Source: Octopus sinensis
Taxonomy: Eukaryota
Length of the DNA: 64,000 bases
Reading direction: 5' to 3'
Assembly (NCBI RefSeq): GCF_006345805.1
Contig: NC_043002.1
Location: 68,820,001-68,884,000, forward strand
This document shows positions 1 through 13,766 of this stretch, in pieces (position 1 is the stretch's first letter; the number at the start of each line of letters is the position of its first letter). The notes beneath the pieces were generated by a model. That model ran no database searches. It was not told where the DNA came from and saw nothing but the letters and a program-made list of their open reading frames with translations. Made by a program: the position numbers and the translations under genes.

Positions 1-1114
1 TAATTGTTCAATCAACTGCCCATGCCATCAATTAGATGTGACCAGAGCTGCATTTATAAGTTTTTCATTTCCTCTGAGATAAAGTTAAGTTGGGTTAAAT
101 ATTTTACCCATAAACCTAATACAAGGTAAATACAGTAGAGAAACTCATCTATATGCTATAAAACTGACATGTAGTCCACAAAAATACTGAGGTTCACATT
201 AATATGTTCATTTTCTCGTTTAACATCTGCTTTTCCAAGCAAGCATGATGGAAATAGGAACTAACTTTGGGGCAAGACTTTAAGGTCAGATATTCTTCCT
301 ATCATAATTCTCACATGTTTTTTAGGTAAAGAATTTATTTCTTCCATAGGTCTTAAAAAGTGCAAAAAAGCTGGACATAGTGTCAACAATGAGTGTTGAC
401 ATTAGTACTGCATCTCTCAAACTGACTAAATATCAACATTCATGCATATTTTCACACATGTATAGACATACACATACATGCATACACACACAAATGAGCA
501 ATGGGCTTAGTACAGTTTCTGTCTACCAAATGCATTAAAGAGGTATAGACTAGTTTGGAGCAATAGAAGACACTTGCCAAAGGAATCTGCAAAGCAAGCT
601 TCTTAACCATACAGCCATACCAGTACTAATGCATACAAACTACCAAGAAGTGTGTCTGAGACATGTATAACACATAACACTCAAAAGGATGTAAAAATGT
701 AGATGTCTCAAAAGTCCCAACAGACTTTTAAAGAATCAGTATTTAGCATTGATTTCATAGCATCAAGTAGATAAGAAATATATGTTGCTCCTGGGTAGAC
801 TGCTAGTCTATTGCAAGTAGCATTCCCAGATAACATGGTTTCTATTCCTAAAAGATAGATGGATTAAAAACAGTGTTAATTGTACTGCTCATACACAACA
901 ATAACTGATAATCCAACAACATTAAATTTGTCAGTACATCCAGTGGTAATCCAGGTGGAGTGGTGGTATGTAGATGAGGAGAGGTGCAGAAAGTTTGGGA
1001 AGTGGTTAAGATGCGCAAGTTTAAAGAATAGGAATTTAAGGCAGGATAAAACTAGGGTGACCATGTGAGCGCATAATGTATAGTTAAAATTTTTATCAAA
1101 AAAAAAAAGAGACA

Positions 1115-1325
1115 AAGACAGGTGTATGAACAATAAGCAGGTGTATCACTAAATCTACAAGTTTTTATCATTCACTCTCTGTTTATTTTCTCTTATTCCT
1201 TTCTGCTGAAGAGCGTAGGCTTGAAACGTAAAATATTTTTTCATTTTCCTGAGCATCAAACTAATACACCTGCTTGTTGTTCATACCCCTATTTTCGTCT
1301 TTTGTTTTTCTATAAATTTCAACTA
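1115..1325 (+). mobile_element. Penelope-like terminal repeat (related subfamily) with a short inverted partial copy
   Basis: 1121-1150 is an inverted copy of ~1260-1290; contains CTGCTGAAGAGCGTAGGCTTGAAACGTA (1203-1230). Confidence 0.65.
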
Positions 1326-1829
1326 TACACATACACACACACACTCAAAAGATTACAACTTCCCCCAATATAGACAACTGGTAGAATAAATTCCAATAAA
1401 GCACTGAGTTGAGACAAATACATCACATCTAATACTATTTTCTCGGACAAGAGATGTTTAATGGTGTGGTGATAAGCTGACCAGAAAATGACAATATCTT
1501 CAGTAAATCATTATGAAACTCAAACTTAATGTAGTCTAACTATAGATCTTTCATCATTCCACTTGTGGTAAGTCTGGTAAAAGATAACTTCACAGTAATC
1601 CTTAAAGTTTAGGGTTCTTTAAAATGCTTAATGAAATATTCTCAAACGAAGTTATTTGGTGTGATAAACACATGTCTGTATATGCATATATGCTTATGCA
1701 TAAACATATGAATAGAAATTTTATAAAAACAGCTTGCCATTGTTAACAACTTGTTCTATTGCAAGAAAACCAATTTAATAAACAAATGAAAGATGTATGC
1801 TTCTTATCCACTCAAATTAACACATACAT

Positions 1830-2768
1830 ATCATCATCATCATTTAACGTCTGTTTTTCATGCTAGCACGGGTTGGATGGTTCGAATGGGGTCTGGGAAG
1901 CCAGGAGGCTGCACTAGGCTCCAGTCTGATCTGGCAGTGTTTCTACAGCTGGATGCCCTTCCTAACGCCAACCACTGTGAGTGTAGTGGGTGCTTTTTAT
2001 GAGCCACCAGCAGAGGGGCCAGAGGAGGCTGGCAATGGCCATGATCAGTTGGTGCTTTTTACGTGCCACCGGCAAGGAAACCAGTTAAGGCAGCGCTGGT
2101 ATCGGCCACATTCGGATGGTCTTTTTACATGTCACCAGCACAGGTATCACAACTACAATTTCCATTTGATTTTTATTTTGATGCTGATGTACTTGACTCA
2201 ATAGGTCTCCTCAAGCACAGCAGGTCACCCTATGATCCAAAGTAAGCACAGCAGGTCGACCTACGATCCAAGGTACTTTGAATAGGCTGGGGATGGTTAT
2301 GTGAAGCTCGTGTAGGTTACAGCTGTGAACTCACTTTATTTGTCAGGTCTTCACAGTCACAGCACAACTCCAGAGGTCTCGGTCTTTCATCATTGCCTCT
2401 GTGAGGCCCGTTTGAAGGTCATGCTTGACCACCTCATCCCATGTCTTCCTGGGTCTACCTCTACCTTGGATTCCTTCAACTGTTTGGGAGTGGCACTTTT
2501 TCACATATCTCTCCTCATCCATCTGTAGTACATGACCATACCAGCGCAAACGTCTCTCTTGCACGCCACATCCAATGCTTCTTATGTTCAACATTTCTCT
2601 CAAGGCGCTTACACTCTGTCATGTGTTCACACTGACATTACACATCCAGCAGATCATGCCAGTTTCCTTTCTTTTGAGCCTACGCATGTCCTCTGCAGTC
2701 ATGGCCTGTGTTTCACTGCCGTGAAGCATGGCAGTTCACACACATGCTTTGTACAATCTACTTTTCCA
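1830..2768 (-). mobile_element. 5'-truncated RTE-clade LINE (ORF C-terminus, 3'UTR, (TGA)n tail)
   Basis: ORF 2343-2603 encodes QERRLRWYGHVLQM...RGRPRKTWDEVVKHDL, typical of the RTE C-terminus; ends in (CAT)n on the plus strand at 1830. Confidence 0.9.
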
Positions 2769-3295
2769 GAAATATATAATGGCTACTCATCTTAAAATAA
2801 ATGTGTATATGTTTAAGGTTTATATATGATGTGTATAATACACCAATTCCCATTACAGAGGTCCTGGCATAATTTTGAAAGGGTTGTGAAGATAAAATTT
2901 TACTTTTGAAATATTTTATAAAATGTAAAATGTTAATACATATGGGATATCAATAAGCCATAGGTTGAGCACTGTATACAATAATTTCATTATTATATAT
3001 TATATAATGAAGCAATGTTTCAACATTTACAGCAAACAAAAATTAAAGAACGTTTCTTGTCCGAAATTATCAAATTTTAAATATGTCACATTGAAATATT
3101 TTCACTGCCTGGAGAAGGCTACAGGAAACCACTCCAGTATTCACTGCAAGTCTAGTCATGCTAACCAAAGTTTCAGTAATCTATTTAATGGCAGCAAAGG
3201 AAGGTATGGGCCCTGCCAGATCGTATGGGGAGTGCTGGAAAAGGTTCACAAGCACAGGACTTGCCCAAGGGCAGACCACCATTAGATAGACTATA

Positions 3296-3535
3296 CTGAA
3301 ATATAATAATAATAATGAACTTATTGCATACAGTGTTCAGATGTACTACAACTCATCAGAAAAAAGTAGCCAAAAGTGCATGCATAGTACATAGAATATT
3401 GCACAGGGAGTGAACAGTGAATGAGTTGTTTAAGAAAAAAGTGGGGAGGGGTACATCAGGTGTACTGTTGATGAATTTCAAGAAGTATGGAAGTTTTGAA
3501 GGATGTAATGTCCTGAAAGCCAACAACTAATCCAG
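3296..3535 (-). mobile_element. 3'-end fragment of the same CR1 family
   Basis: aataataat...gtgttcag(a/g)tg(t/c)actacaa...catcaggtgta.tgttg..gaatttca.gaag.atggaagtttt is shared with 42940-43150. Confidence 0.7.
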
Positions 3536-3860
3536 ATAATATATTCTGTGTTTTAGAAATTCTGAACATGAAAAAATGCTTCCGAAATTTATATAGAAAT
3601 GTTTAATACATTTATGGAAAATCATTTTTTGTACTTAAATATTAAATACAAATCCAAGAAGGATTATTGTTTTCTAAAATGGGTCACAATGGTAGACTTG
3701 GGAACCTCAGAAATAACACAAAATATACATACTTAAACTGAATTGATGGGACAAGAAATATATGATATGAATGCATAGCAGTCATGTCAATATAAAATAA
3801 ATGCAGTAAATGAATGAATAAAACAACATGCAGAAAAGAGAAAAAAAAACTGGAAATTTA

Positions 3861-4016
<156 letters not shown>

Positions 4017-5955
4017 TTAAGAGAAGCAATTTTAGTTATTCATATTTGAGAACATAGAAAAAAAGTGGCAAAATAACAAACTAAATGCTTTTATGTTCAG
4101 GGTTCAAATTTCACATGATTGACACTGCACTTACCAACCTTCCAGGAGCAATAAATTGTAAAAAGTCTGGGTTCGTTTTAGTCAACTTCATCCTTTCTCT
4201 AAATTTGTAATCCCCAACAAAAAAACATTATTATTTATTCAGGGAAATGAAATATGGAACCTTGCTGTATCCTTATTCTGTTATCTTCCTATCTTCAGTT
4301 GGGACTAGACAGCACTGCAATGTGTCCCTAGTGAAGGTACATAACTCTTTCTTGTTCCATCTACACGTTGCTAAGAGCCGACAAGAAACCTTCCATGCGG
4401 TCATTCTATCTGCTATAAATAACACTTAAATTTCCTTAAAATGACACACCACTGTCTTAAAAAGAGAGTAAACATTGAATAATATACTTCCACATGCATT
4501 ATGTCTGAACAAATACAGTGGGATCATTACTTGTGAACAGAGGTTAAATATCAATAATACATTATCACTATAACCAATATTAATTAAGGTACTGTACAAA
4601 TAATGTGTCCTACTAGCAGAGGTTGAACTTTTCCCATGAGATTAATAACAAGATGAATATTGCAAAATCACTCTAACATCTGTGCTTGTATTGGTCAAAC
4701 GAAATTTGTTGAGTCGGATGCTCTACCTGTCACCAAGCCTGACCTGTTTCTAAACAAGGTAATATTTTCTCCCAGTCCAAACATACTTCTACAGAAGTGA
4801 AATGACAGTGTTTGTGTGATGATAATGTTTGTTTACAACTAGCACATGATATCAAGACAAGGAAACAAACATATACACACGACTCATCATCATTTAATGT
4901 CTGTTGTCCATGCAGGCATGGGTTGAATGGTGTGACCATCATCATCATTGTTTAACGTCTGCTTTCCATGCTAGCATGGGTTAGACGATTTGACTGAGGA
5001 CTGGCGAACCAGATGGCTGCACCAGGCCCCAATCTGATTTGGTAGAGTTTCTACAGAATGTAGTGGATGCTTTTATGTGCCACCAGCACGAGGGCCAGTC
5101 AGGCGGTACTGGCAACAGCCACACTCAAATGGTGTTTTTTACATGCCACTTGCACAGGAGCCACACTGACTATGACCTCGCTCGAATGTTTTTTTGACCA
5201 GAAATAACAAACTGGGGTGGGGTGAGGGGCACCAGACTCCAGTCTGATTTTGCATGATTTCTACAACTGGATACCCCTCTTACTGCCAACCACTTTAGTG
5301 TGGTGGACTTTTCCACATGTGCATGGGTCAGATAAGACTTTGTTGAGGTAGAATTTTCTACAACAGGCTGCTCTTCCTGATGCCAACCCTCATTTGTTTT
5401 CTCCCAATCTTTCAAACAACAAACAGCCATAACATGCTTCTGCAAAGGACTGCAAACAAATGACACTGTCGTTATATGCAATGACACTTTTATTTGCACT
5501 CAGTGTGCACATGACACACGGGGAATACACACTCCGTTATGAATACACAGAAGTATATACACACATCACCATCACCTTTTTAATGCCACATGCATAGATA
5601 AGAATTTGTTGGGACATATTTTCAATGGTCAGATACTTTTGCTGTTGCCAATCCTCACAAGTTTCCAGGTAGCATAATATTTTGCATGCACACACACGCA
5701 TTATCTATCTATCTATCTATCTATATATATATATTAATAATAGAAGGGTAAAATTTATTAATCAAATTAATTAATTAATAATTTTACCAAGTAGATTGGT
5801 ACGTTAAAATAACCCTTATAGGTAAAATTATCCACATAATTATAATTCAGATTCAGCTGATTGCTTCACCACATGGAGATTCTTATTAGTAGCAGAAAAG
5901 GAATTTTAACTCCTATTTCTAAATTCGGTATGTGGTGAAGTAATTAGCTGAACCC

Positions 5956-5960
<5 letters not shown>

Positions 5961-6002
<42 letters not shown>

Positions 6003-6081
6003 TATATATTATATATATATATAATATATATATATATATATAGATAGATAGACAGACAGATAGATATAGATAGATAGATAG

Positions 6082-6146
<65 letters not shown>

Positions 6147-6150
6147 CACA
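5961..6150. repeat. (TA)n followed by (GATA)n microsatellite in KLHDC4 intron 4
   Basis: Direct inspection. Confidence 0.95.
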
Positions 6151-6582
6151 TATACAACAAATGTCTTCCAGTTTCTGTCTATCAAATTTCACTCTTATGG
6201 CATTGGTCAACTTGTAGCTATAATAGAGAACATTAGCTGACAGTGTTCACACAGTGGGATTGAAACCCCTAAAGCAAACTTCTTAACCACATAGCCATAC
6301 CTGGACATACATAAGTAAGATGAAATTCTTCCTTATTTCCCCCCTTTTGTTTTGCTAGTTTCCGTCAAACAAATTCCCTCACAGGGCTTTGATTGGCTTG
6401 CGGTTGATAGTAAAAGACATTTGGCCAAGGTAATATGCAGTTAGACTGAAACCAAAACCACAAGTTTGTGAAGTGAATTTCTTAGACAAAAATCAGTTCC
6501 ATAAATTTTAATACTAATTTGAGAACAATTAGTCACGCAGTCAATTAATTGAAACAAAAGTATGAGAGAAACTGTGGTTTAC

Positions 6583-6681
6583 CTGATGGGAACTTCTGGG
6601 TGGTGGTGCGTTAGGAGCAGTGACTTTGAGCCACTCATTCTTCTTGGTGTTATAAAAGAACAAGTCGTTGTACATAAACAT
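6583..6681 (-). CDS. KLHDC4: KLHDC4 exon 4 (MFMYNDLFFYNTKKNEWLKVTAPNAPPPRSSHQ)
   Basis: ttattacag acceptor, gtaaac donor; 99 nt, phase 0; kelch YND..Y...W and PPPR..H motifs. Confidence 0.95.
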
Positions 6682-7076
6682 CTGTAATAATGATGGAAAA
6701 GGTTAAAGGTTTCAGTCAGCAAAAAAACTCAACATTAGAACAGTTAAAGATAAAAAAGCAAACAAACGTAGGTGTGGCTGTGTGGTAAGTAGCTTGCTTA
6801 CCAACCACATGGTTCTGGGTTCAGTCCCACTGCATGGCACCTTGGGCAAGTGTCTTCTACTATAGCCTCAGGCCAGAAACATTAACTACACTCAGAAATA
6901 TTAATCTGAAAGCAGAAGTAACAAAAACAAAGTAAACTACTGAAAATAACTGATCTAAATATATATATATATATTTCTGAAAAGTAATTCTGTATTCTTG
7001 GATTTAATGAATCTCTTTTCATTTATGAGAGGAAATACAAAATTCAAAATTAGCAGTTTTATAATTTGGTACTCAC

Positions 7077-7155
7077 TTGCTTTCCATTATAATATTCACC
7101 TCCAAATAAAACCAATTCTTCTTTATCTGGATGTGCAGTGAATGTGGCATTGCAT
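7077..7155 (-). CDS. KLHDC4: KLHDC4 exon 3 (CNATFTAHPDKEELVLFGGEYYNGKQ)
   Basis: tttgtttcag acceptor, gtgagt donor; 79 nt, phase 2 to 0; kelch LFGG motif. Confidence 0.95.
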
Positions 7156-7944
7156 CTGAAACAAAAATAAATATAATATATGTATCAAAGTGTGAATGTT
7201 TGTTCTTTTTTACAGCCTTTTTCTTTCATGCTAGCATGGGTTAGATAAATGTTATTGTGGTAAACTTTTACAACCAGATGCCCTTCCTACTGCTGACTCT
7301 CATATATTTTTCAAGTAATGGATTGCATATTCCATGCAGCGCTGAAGGCATGAGACAAGCAGGTGATCTGTTTTACATCCACTTTTCTATACCGGTGTAA
7401 CTAGAATGGTTCTGTATTTTTTTCCTCCCAACCCCATGGTACTGAGTTAAATTCTATTGTGTAGCATCTTCTACTGTAGTCATGGATGAACCAAAGTCTT
7501 GTGAGTGGATTTGGTAGAAGTAAACTGAAAGAAGCCTATTATATATATTTATATATGTATGTGTATCTGTGTTTGTACAAGTGAGTTCATATTTCCTCAT
7601 ATCTTCACATACGTTCACTGGTTGTGAGCAGTGGCCTTGCTGTTCATGTTGATGGTATCATTTGCTTCCAGCCTACCACGAAAGCACAAGTGGGCTTCTT
7701 GATGTCTTGTTTACAAAGATTGAACAACATATCAAATGGTTCATTCATTAGGTGTCATCTGTTTCTAGTTCTCCATGTAAACATGACCATGGTGTTTATT
7801 ATTTGACAGATGGGAGATTATTACCTCACTTGGAAACAGGTGATGGTTGGAATCAGGAAAGGCATCCATTTGTAGAAAACTCTGGCCCATGCTAGTATGA
7901 AAAAGCAGATGTTAAAACAATGATGAAGTTGATGTAATTATTAC

Positions 7945-8036
7945 CTTTGAGATGGAGGATCACATTTTTCTTCAATTACCTTATTCTTCTCACGGTCTTT
8001 TTCTTGAAATTCAGCAATTAATTTTTCTATATCTTC
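7945..8036 (-). CDS. KLHDC4: KLHDC4 exon 2 (EDIEKLIAEFQEKDREKNKVIEEKCDPPSQR)
   Basis: ttttcatttttag acceptor, gtaata donor; 92 nt, phase 0 to 2; matches the KLHDC4 EEDLEALIAHFQ...CPPPSPR segment. Confidence 0.93.
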
Positions 8037-8375
8037 CTAAAAATGAAAAACAAAAACGATTTTTGAAAATTAATGTTCCATAGATGAGAGGACAAAATAT
8101 AGATATATGGAAATATACTGCACCGAAGCTTGCAATAGATTCAAACTTAAAGCAGGATCCCAGGTTCAAGATTAAAGGAGTACATTATAGTTGAGTGTAA
8201 AAAAATAAATTATAAAAAGCTAAAATATATTACTGATCTTTAGGGATAGAAACTAGAGTGGGAGAATCATATCATATATGAGATGGCATCAAATTCAAGC
8301 AAATAGTTTCACATTTGACTAGCTTGTAGTCATCATTATTTTACATTCATTTTCCATGCTGTCATGGGTTGGAGG

Positions 8376-8794
8376 CAGGGCTGGATTAGGACCCATCGAG
8401 GCCTTAAGCAATTCAGAAATTTTGGTGTCCCCATATATATATATATGTAATTCAAAATATGAAGACTAATAAAGCATAGAATAAATTTTTATTTTTCAAA
8501 AGGAAACAAAACTAACAGTAAGATGGAAAATAATATTTATTTTGCATACTTCCACTTTATTTATATTTGAAATTATCTCCTACTTTTTTTTTAATTGCAA
8601 AGTCTTTGATCAGATCCTCACTATGACACCACGAACACTTCGAAATTATATTTCTGATCATATAAACCACTTCAAATATTATTTTTAAAAGTTTAAAGTG
8701 ATTTCCTTTAGCACTATAACAATTCCTGTGGTGCTCCCACTTCCTTTGATGTCCAAAGTGAGTGCGTGTTTCGCTTAATGTTAATCCAGTGCTG
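8376..8794 (-). mobile_element. Non-autonomous hAT element, copy 1
   Basis: TIRs CAGGGCTGGATTA / TAATCCAGTGCTG; TSD GTTGGAGG / GTTGGGGG; homologous to 61157-61556. Confidence 0.85.
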
Positions 8795-9192
8795 GTTGGG
8801 GGTGGGATGGTGGTGGTGTTAGGGATTTGTCATAGAGTTAATTCTTATTTGAAGCCATTGCTCTCCTACATAGGCTGGAGGACTACATCTCACTGATATA
8901 TTTCAATTTTGGATTACTTTCTATAATTGGAAACCCTTTAAAACACTAACCACTTTCTGGAAAACTGGATGCATTTTATTTCAGTACCAACCCTAGAGAA
9001 GTTGTAATATCTTCAACAAGACAAAAATCATATACTTTATTCTCTTGGAAATTATAGAAAATAGAGAATTCATTCAATATACACGCCTAAAATTTTAGAG
9101 AATGATTTTCCAAAAACCAAAATCTTTATTGAAAGATAAAATATGCACACACACAATTGTGGAAAAGTAAAATAAATTTTTAACATTTCTAC

Positions 9193-9613
9193 TTGTTACC
9201 AGCATCGCCTTACTGGCACTTGTGCCCCGTGCTAGTAGGGTGCTAAGAACACCATCCAAGTGTGATCGTTGCCAGAGCGGCTAACTGGCTTCCATGCCAG
9301 TGACACATAAAAGGCACCATTCGAGCGTGATCGTTACCAGTGTCGCCTTACTGGCACTTGTGCCGGTGGCATGTGTAAAAACATTCGAGTGAGGCCGTTG
9401 CCAGTACCGCCCGACTGGCCCCTGTGCCAGTGGCACGTAAAAGCACCCACTACACTCTCGGAGTGGCTCGTGTTAGGAAGGGCATTCAGCTGTAGTAACT
9501 CTGCCAGATCAAGATTGGAGCCTGGTGCAGCCATCTGGTTCGCCAGTCCTCAATCAAAATCGTCCAACCCATGCTAGCATGGAAAGCAGACGTTAAACGA
9601 TGATGATGATGAT
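9193..9613 (+). mobile_element. RTE 3'UTR-derived short element, family S3 ((TGA)n tail)
   Basis: Same sequence as the 3' ends of the RTE copies at 1830 and 56597. Other copies: 19961-20200, 28345-28668, 36437-36918, 40281-40475, 47985-48182, 58850-59141, 60765-60962 (+); 4885-5165, 22404-22612 (-). Confidence 0.85.
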
Positions 9614-10354
9614 TTTATCAAATGTTGATGCCAAAAATTGAATTTTGGATTCTTTTAAAAAAATCTGTTCACATGCACTTTACACAATAATCTCATTGTC
9701 ATCATCATTATTATTATAAAGGGAAATCAACTTAAAAAGGCTGTTTTGATAGATGTAAGACGTGTGTATGTATGCGTGTCAGCGCCCACTAAGGCTATTT
9801 AATAAAAGGGAGGTAACTACTACTACCTGTTTCTTTATAATCAGTAGAATATTTGGTGACATCATTTTCACACTGATTTCAAATTGTTGCCAAGGACCGA
9901 CTTTAACTTCCATCCTTCTGTATTTGGGTTGATTAAATCAATTGATTCCACTTCCAAAAGTTTGGTCTTGTATCAAAGCTGGACGTTTTACTTCCATCAT
10001 TTTGAAGTAGAACTATATACCAGTCAAGTAGTGGAATCAATATAATCAAATACATCTCCTCCCCACAATGAGCTGTGTTATTGCCAAAGTTAGAAATTAT
10101 TATTGAAAACAGTCAAAGCAACAACTCACTATTTTAAATCATAACTGCTTATGATTGTTCTTTATAATTTTAAGATCAACCTGTCAATAAGTAGGTTGAT
10201 GCAGTCATTCTTATTTCACTGGATTTCAGTGATAAAAGTTACAGACGTTGTTAGCTGTAGGTCAGCACTGATTAAACAGATCTATGATCAAAAAGATTCA
10301 AACATGACAACCCCATCATATTTTCAGATTCATTCATCTTTGCACGATGAATGA

Positions 10355-10710
10355 ATCCTTTAATGGATGAAGGCCACAGCATTTTTTCTCTACCAACCAC
10401 AGTCTGATGTTTTCTTCATCCATGTTTGGGTGCCAAAGAATTCAACAAAGTCTTCATTCCAACTTCTGCATGGGCTTTCACCTCATTCTTTATCCTGGAT
10501 GCGGTGTCCACTCAGTCAATTTGCTATTCCATTTATTTTCCTTTCTTCTAAATAAATGTCCCACGAAAAACCATTTCAGAATTTTTATTTTCCAGATATC
10601 CATTAAACCTTTTGCCACTCTTATCCACTTACCTATTTTGTTAATTTTCAGCATGCTGATCTTAATTTATTTTCAGTGTTCTTGTTACTAGCCCACGTTT
10701 CTGATGCATA
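10355..10710 (-). mobile_element. Old RTE LINE 3' ORF fragment in KLHDC4 intron 1
   Basis: Broken translation SETWASNK...KILKWFFVGHLFRRKENKWNSKLTEWTP...SWNED resembles the RTE C-terminus. Confidence 0.7.
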
Positions 10711-11460
10711 CGTATTTTCAAATAGTGTCTCTAAATTTACATTATCCAATGTGTTTTTACTTTTAAAATGGATGGGCACGTTAGATAGTCACATACATAC
10801 AAATATATCAAGGTTACAGCCTTCATTAAGATGCATATATGTATGCATTTGTGTATGTATGTGATCATGTGCATGTTGGTGTCTCCTTGTTTTGACATCA
10901 CATGATAGTTGTGAATGAGTGTCACTATCGTACAAATGGTGTCATGCTTCCAATCTTGTGGGAAAATATTATCTTGTTTGGAAGCAGGAGAAGGTTGGCG
11001 ACAGGAAGAGCATTTGACCATAGTAAATCTGCCTCAACAAATTCCATCTGACCCATACAAATATGGAAAGGTGGATGTTAAAATGATGACGATATGATAG
11101 AGCATTGTTTGAAGGGATTTTGTTGACTGCTATTTCTAACCATATACAAGTTTCCTCATTGGTTTGTTACAAATGAAGCTGAACTGTGAACCTAAGATGG
11201 TGAGGTTACATGCAAAAGAGCCCTGCAGAACCTATTTGATGCATTGTTGATTAGGAGGTAACTTATCCGTATGAAGTATCAATCATCACTGATTTTTCTT
11301 GGAAATAATTTTATAAATGCAACTAGAGTATAACAAAGCATACACATTCATTCATTATAAGCCATGTTTTTTTTTCCAAAACAACCAAATTCAATATAAA
11401 TCTAATAAAACAAAATGGGTTTCATGATAATCAGACATATTGATTTAAGCTGAAATTAAG

Positions 11461-11715
11461 TCATCATCATCATCATCATCTTAACATCTAATTTTCCATG
11501 CTTGCATGGGTTATACGGAATTTATGGAGGAACGTTTTCTATGGCTGGATGCCCTTCCTGTTACCAATCTTCAGTTTCCAAGTAAGGTAAATTTTCCCCA
11601 CAGTTGGACGCATTTTCATAGTAGATTGGAAACAAATGACACTGCTTGTATGATGGTGTCATTCACTTTACAACTATTGCACAATGTTAAGACAAGGACA
11701 CACAGTTTGAAGCAT
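11461..11715. mobile_element. Family S4, (CAT)n-anchored short repeat related to the RTE-type 3' end
   Basis: (cat)n ttaacatc..ttttccatgcttgcatggg...ggctggatgcccttcctgt...; copies at ~4700, 7800, 10860, 21450, 23755, 25290, 39740, 41880, 53610, 54150. Confidence 0.75.
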
Positions 11716-12466
11716 TAAACTCAAGCTTATATTTTTTCAACTCCAGGGATAAATGAAATAGGTACTAGTAATGTGCTGTTGTTGAGTCAGCAGATTATAG
11801 TCTACCTATATATATGTATATATATATATATAGCCTTGTATCTGGTGGAACATAGTTTTTGTTTAAATCCCAATCAAATTCATGGCTACCTATTAAATCA
11901 ATATTTACAAAAAAAGTAAAATATAAAACAAATATCAGACTATCTCTCAATCTTGGAATAAAAAAGTCTAACCCCATTCTTAAAAATGTAAAAACAAAAA
12001 TTTGAACGGCTTTTCGAGAGAAAAATATGAATAAAGATAAATGACAATTTGTTCTCGCCCCTACAGTTCCGAAATTAGGTTGATATCTGTTATGGAAAGA
12101 ACAGATAATATAATCGACTGATTTGACACAGAATATTACAGGTACTTATTTTGTTGATCATAAGCGTTAACAGCAGTAAAGATCGTGATTTTATATCAAC
12201 GTCACATTGAGAGTAATTTAAGTATTCATATTTGAACAAATACTTAAATAATTGGAGAAGACTAGTGATGATCAGTGTTGGCAGGATCGACCAAATAAGC
12301 AAGCTAAAGTAGATTGATGTAGCATTAGAAGTTAAATCTAAACATTTGTTGAGAGGACAATTTTTAGCACCTCATATCAACAAGTACTTTACACACTTAG
12401 ATATATAATGATTGGAAGATTTGATTCCAAGTGGAAATCACGAAACTTTATCATTCTTGAACAGCT

Positions 12467-12649
12467 TTAGTCTTTGTAGGACCCGAGGTGGCTTCTTAGG
12501 CCAATATTGGCATAAAGTCTACGGTTACAGTATAAAGAAGCCATGCCGCTGTGAGGTTGATGACGTTTATTAAATAAATTGGCATTAATGTCACAACTTT
12601 CCATAAATTTTTCCTTTTGAAACCGGCAATTAACATCGCAGATTCCCAT
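12467..12649 (-). mobile_element. Possible RTE-type LINE terminal fragment (degenerate C2H2-like tail, CNRRLYANIGLRSHL)
   Basis: Resembles the C..C.R.F....GL.SHL motif at the end of some RTE ORFs; short. Confidence 0.4.
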
Positions 12650-12765
12650 ATATTTTCGTTATCTGAGTAAGCCAATTAACAACACAGCTTCCCGTATATT
12701 TTTCCCTATATGAAACAGGCATTTCTCTTTACACGTGATTTAGTAACAACAAAACAGACACTCAC

Positions 12766-12879
12766 TTCTCCTTTGGCAGCTAATTCTTTTTTCAAACGCT
12801 TTTCAGCTTTTTTCTCTGTCTTCATAGTTGTTTTTTCCTTTCCTTTCCCTTTCGAATCTTTCTTGTTTTTCTTACCCAT
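12766..12879 (-). CDS. KLHDC4: Kelch domain-containing protein 4, coding exon 1 (MGKKNKKDSKGKGKEKTTMKTEKKAEKRLKKELAAKGE)
   Basis: ATG at 12879; 114 nt (38 codons); GTGAGT donor. The Lys-rich N-terminus resembles KLHDC4 (MGKKGKKEKKGRGAEKT...) and splices in frame to the following exons. Confidence 0.93.
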
Positions 12880-13167
12880 GGTCTTAAACTGAAGTTCGAA
12901 ACGCACACGACGACTCAAAGAGTAATATTACCGGTGAAAGATTTATTTATGTATTCCTAGAAAAAGATTTCCCCTTGAACATATTTAGCAGCGTTAAGAT
13001 AGATAAGTAGTGTGGTTAAATTAAATAAACTATACCATTTTCGGTAGTTTCATTTCTTAGTGACATCTTAATTTAAAGACTATCCATAGTTCATGAATAA
13101 GATAGCGGCTTACTAATTTCGAAACGTCAAAGAATTAATGTATAATTAAACTAACAGCTTTAAAGTT

Positions 13168-13230
<63 letters not shown>

Positions 13231-13420
13231 TTATTTTTTACTAAAACTGTATTAGGTGTTTTTTTATTATAACTCAAATAATTAAACACGCGCCTATAGA
13301 TATATGTGAATAGGGAAAAGGGTGGAGGAAAACGAAAGAGAGGATGTAATGTAGAGAGGGAGGGGGAAAAGGAAGAGTGAGAGTTCCGATCTCAGCTGTT
13401 GTCTACGTAGTAAACAGTAA
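12880..13420. promoter_or_regulatory. Probable bidirectional promoter region (KLHDC4 / divergent gene) containing an (AT)n tract at 13171-13227
   Basis: Lies between the KLHDC4 ATG (12879, minus) and a candidate plus-strand ATG exon (13745); unique, SINE-free and visibly richer in CpG than its surroundings. Confidence 0.55.
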
Positions 13421-13744
13421 CATATGGATCCAGCCGTCTTCCTGTAGACAGGTGCTTTTGAATGTCCTTTGCTCCCTGCTGGAAATTATTCAACAGAATC
13501 TTTTACTAATCACTTTCTCGCTCTCTCCCTCTCTATTTATTTATATTCATCCATTTATCTCTGTGTCTTTCTCTAATTTTCCTATACAAAAACCTGACTT
13601 CTTTAGAAGTCAAGAGATTTACAGATACGATGTCTGCTATGACATCTTATTAACGAAACATCGTAACCTTTTTTTTTCTCTCTTCTTCTTCTCCTCTGTC
13701 TTTATTTTCGGATTTAACAGCTAACAGAACGAAGAAGACATAAA

Positions 13745-13766
13745 ATGGATGACAGAACTACCCATG
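13745..13766 (+). CDS. Candidate first coding exon of an unidentified divergent gene (MDDRTTH + 1 nt)
   Basis: Polypyrimidine tract and ...gatttaacag acceptor at 13720; aaaATGG start context; followed by a G|GTAATT donor. No downstream exon confirmed. Confidence 0.4.

Noticed and set aside
3600-3720. KLHDC4 exon 6
   Set aside because: No frame gives the expected RSGHRM...FGGFH; the exon probably lies left of the window.
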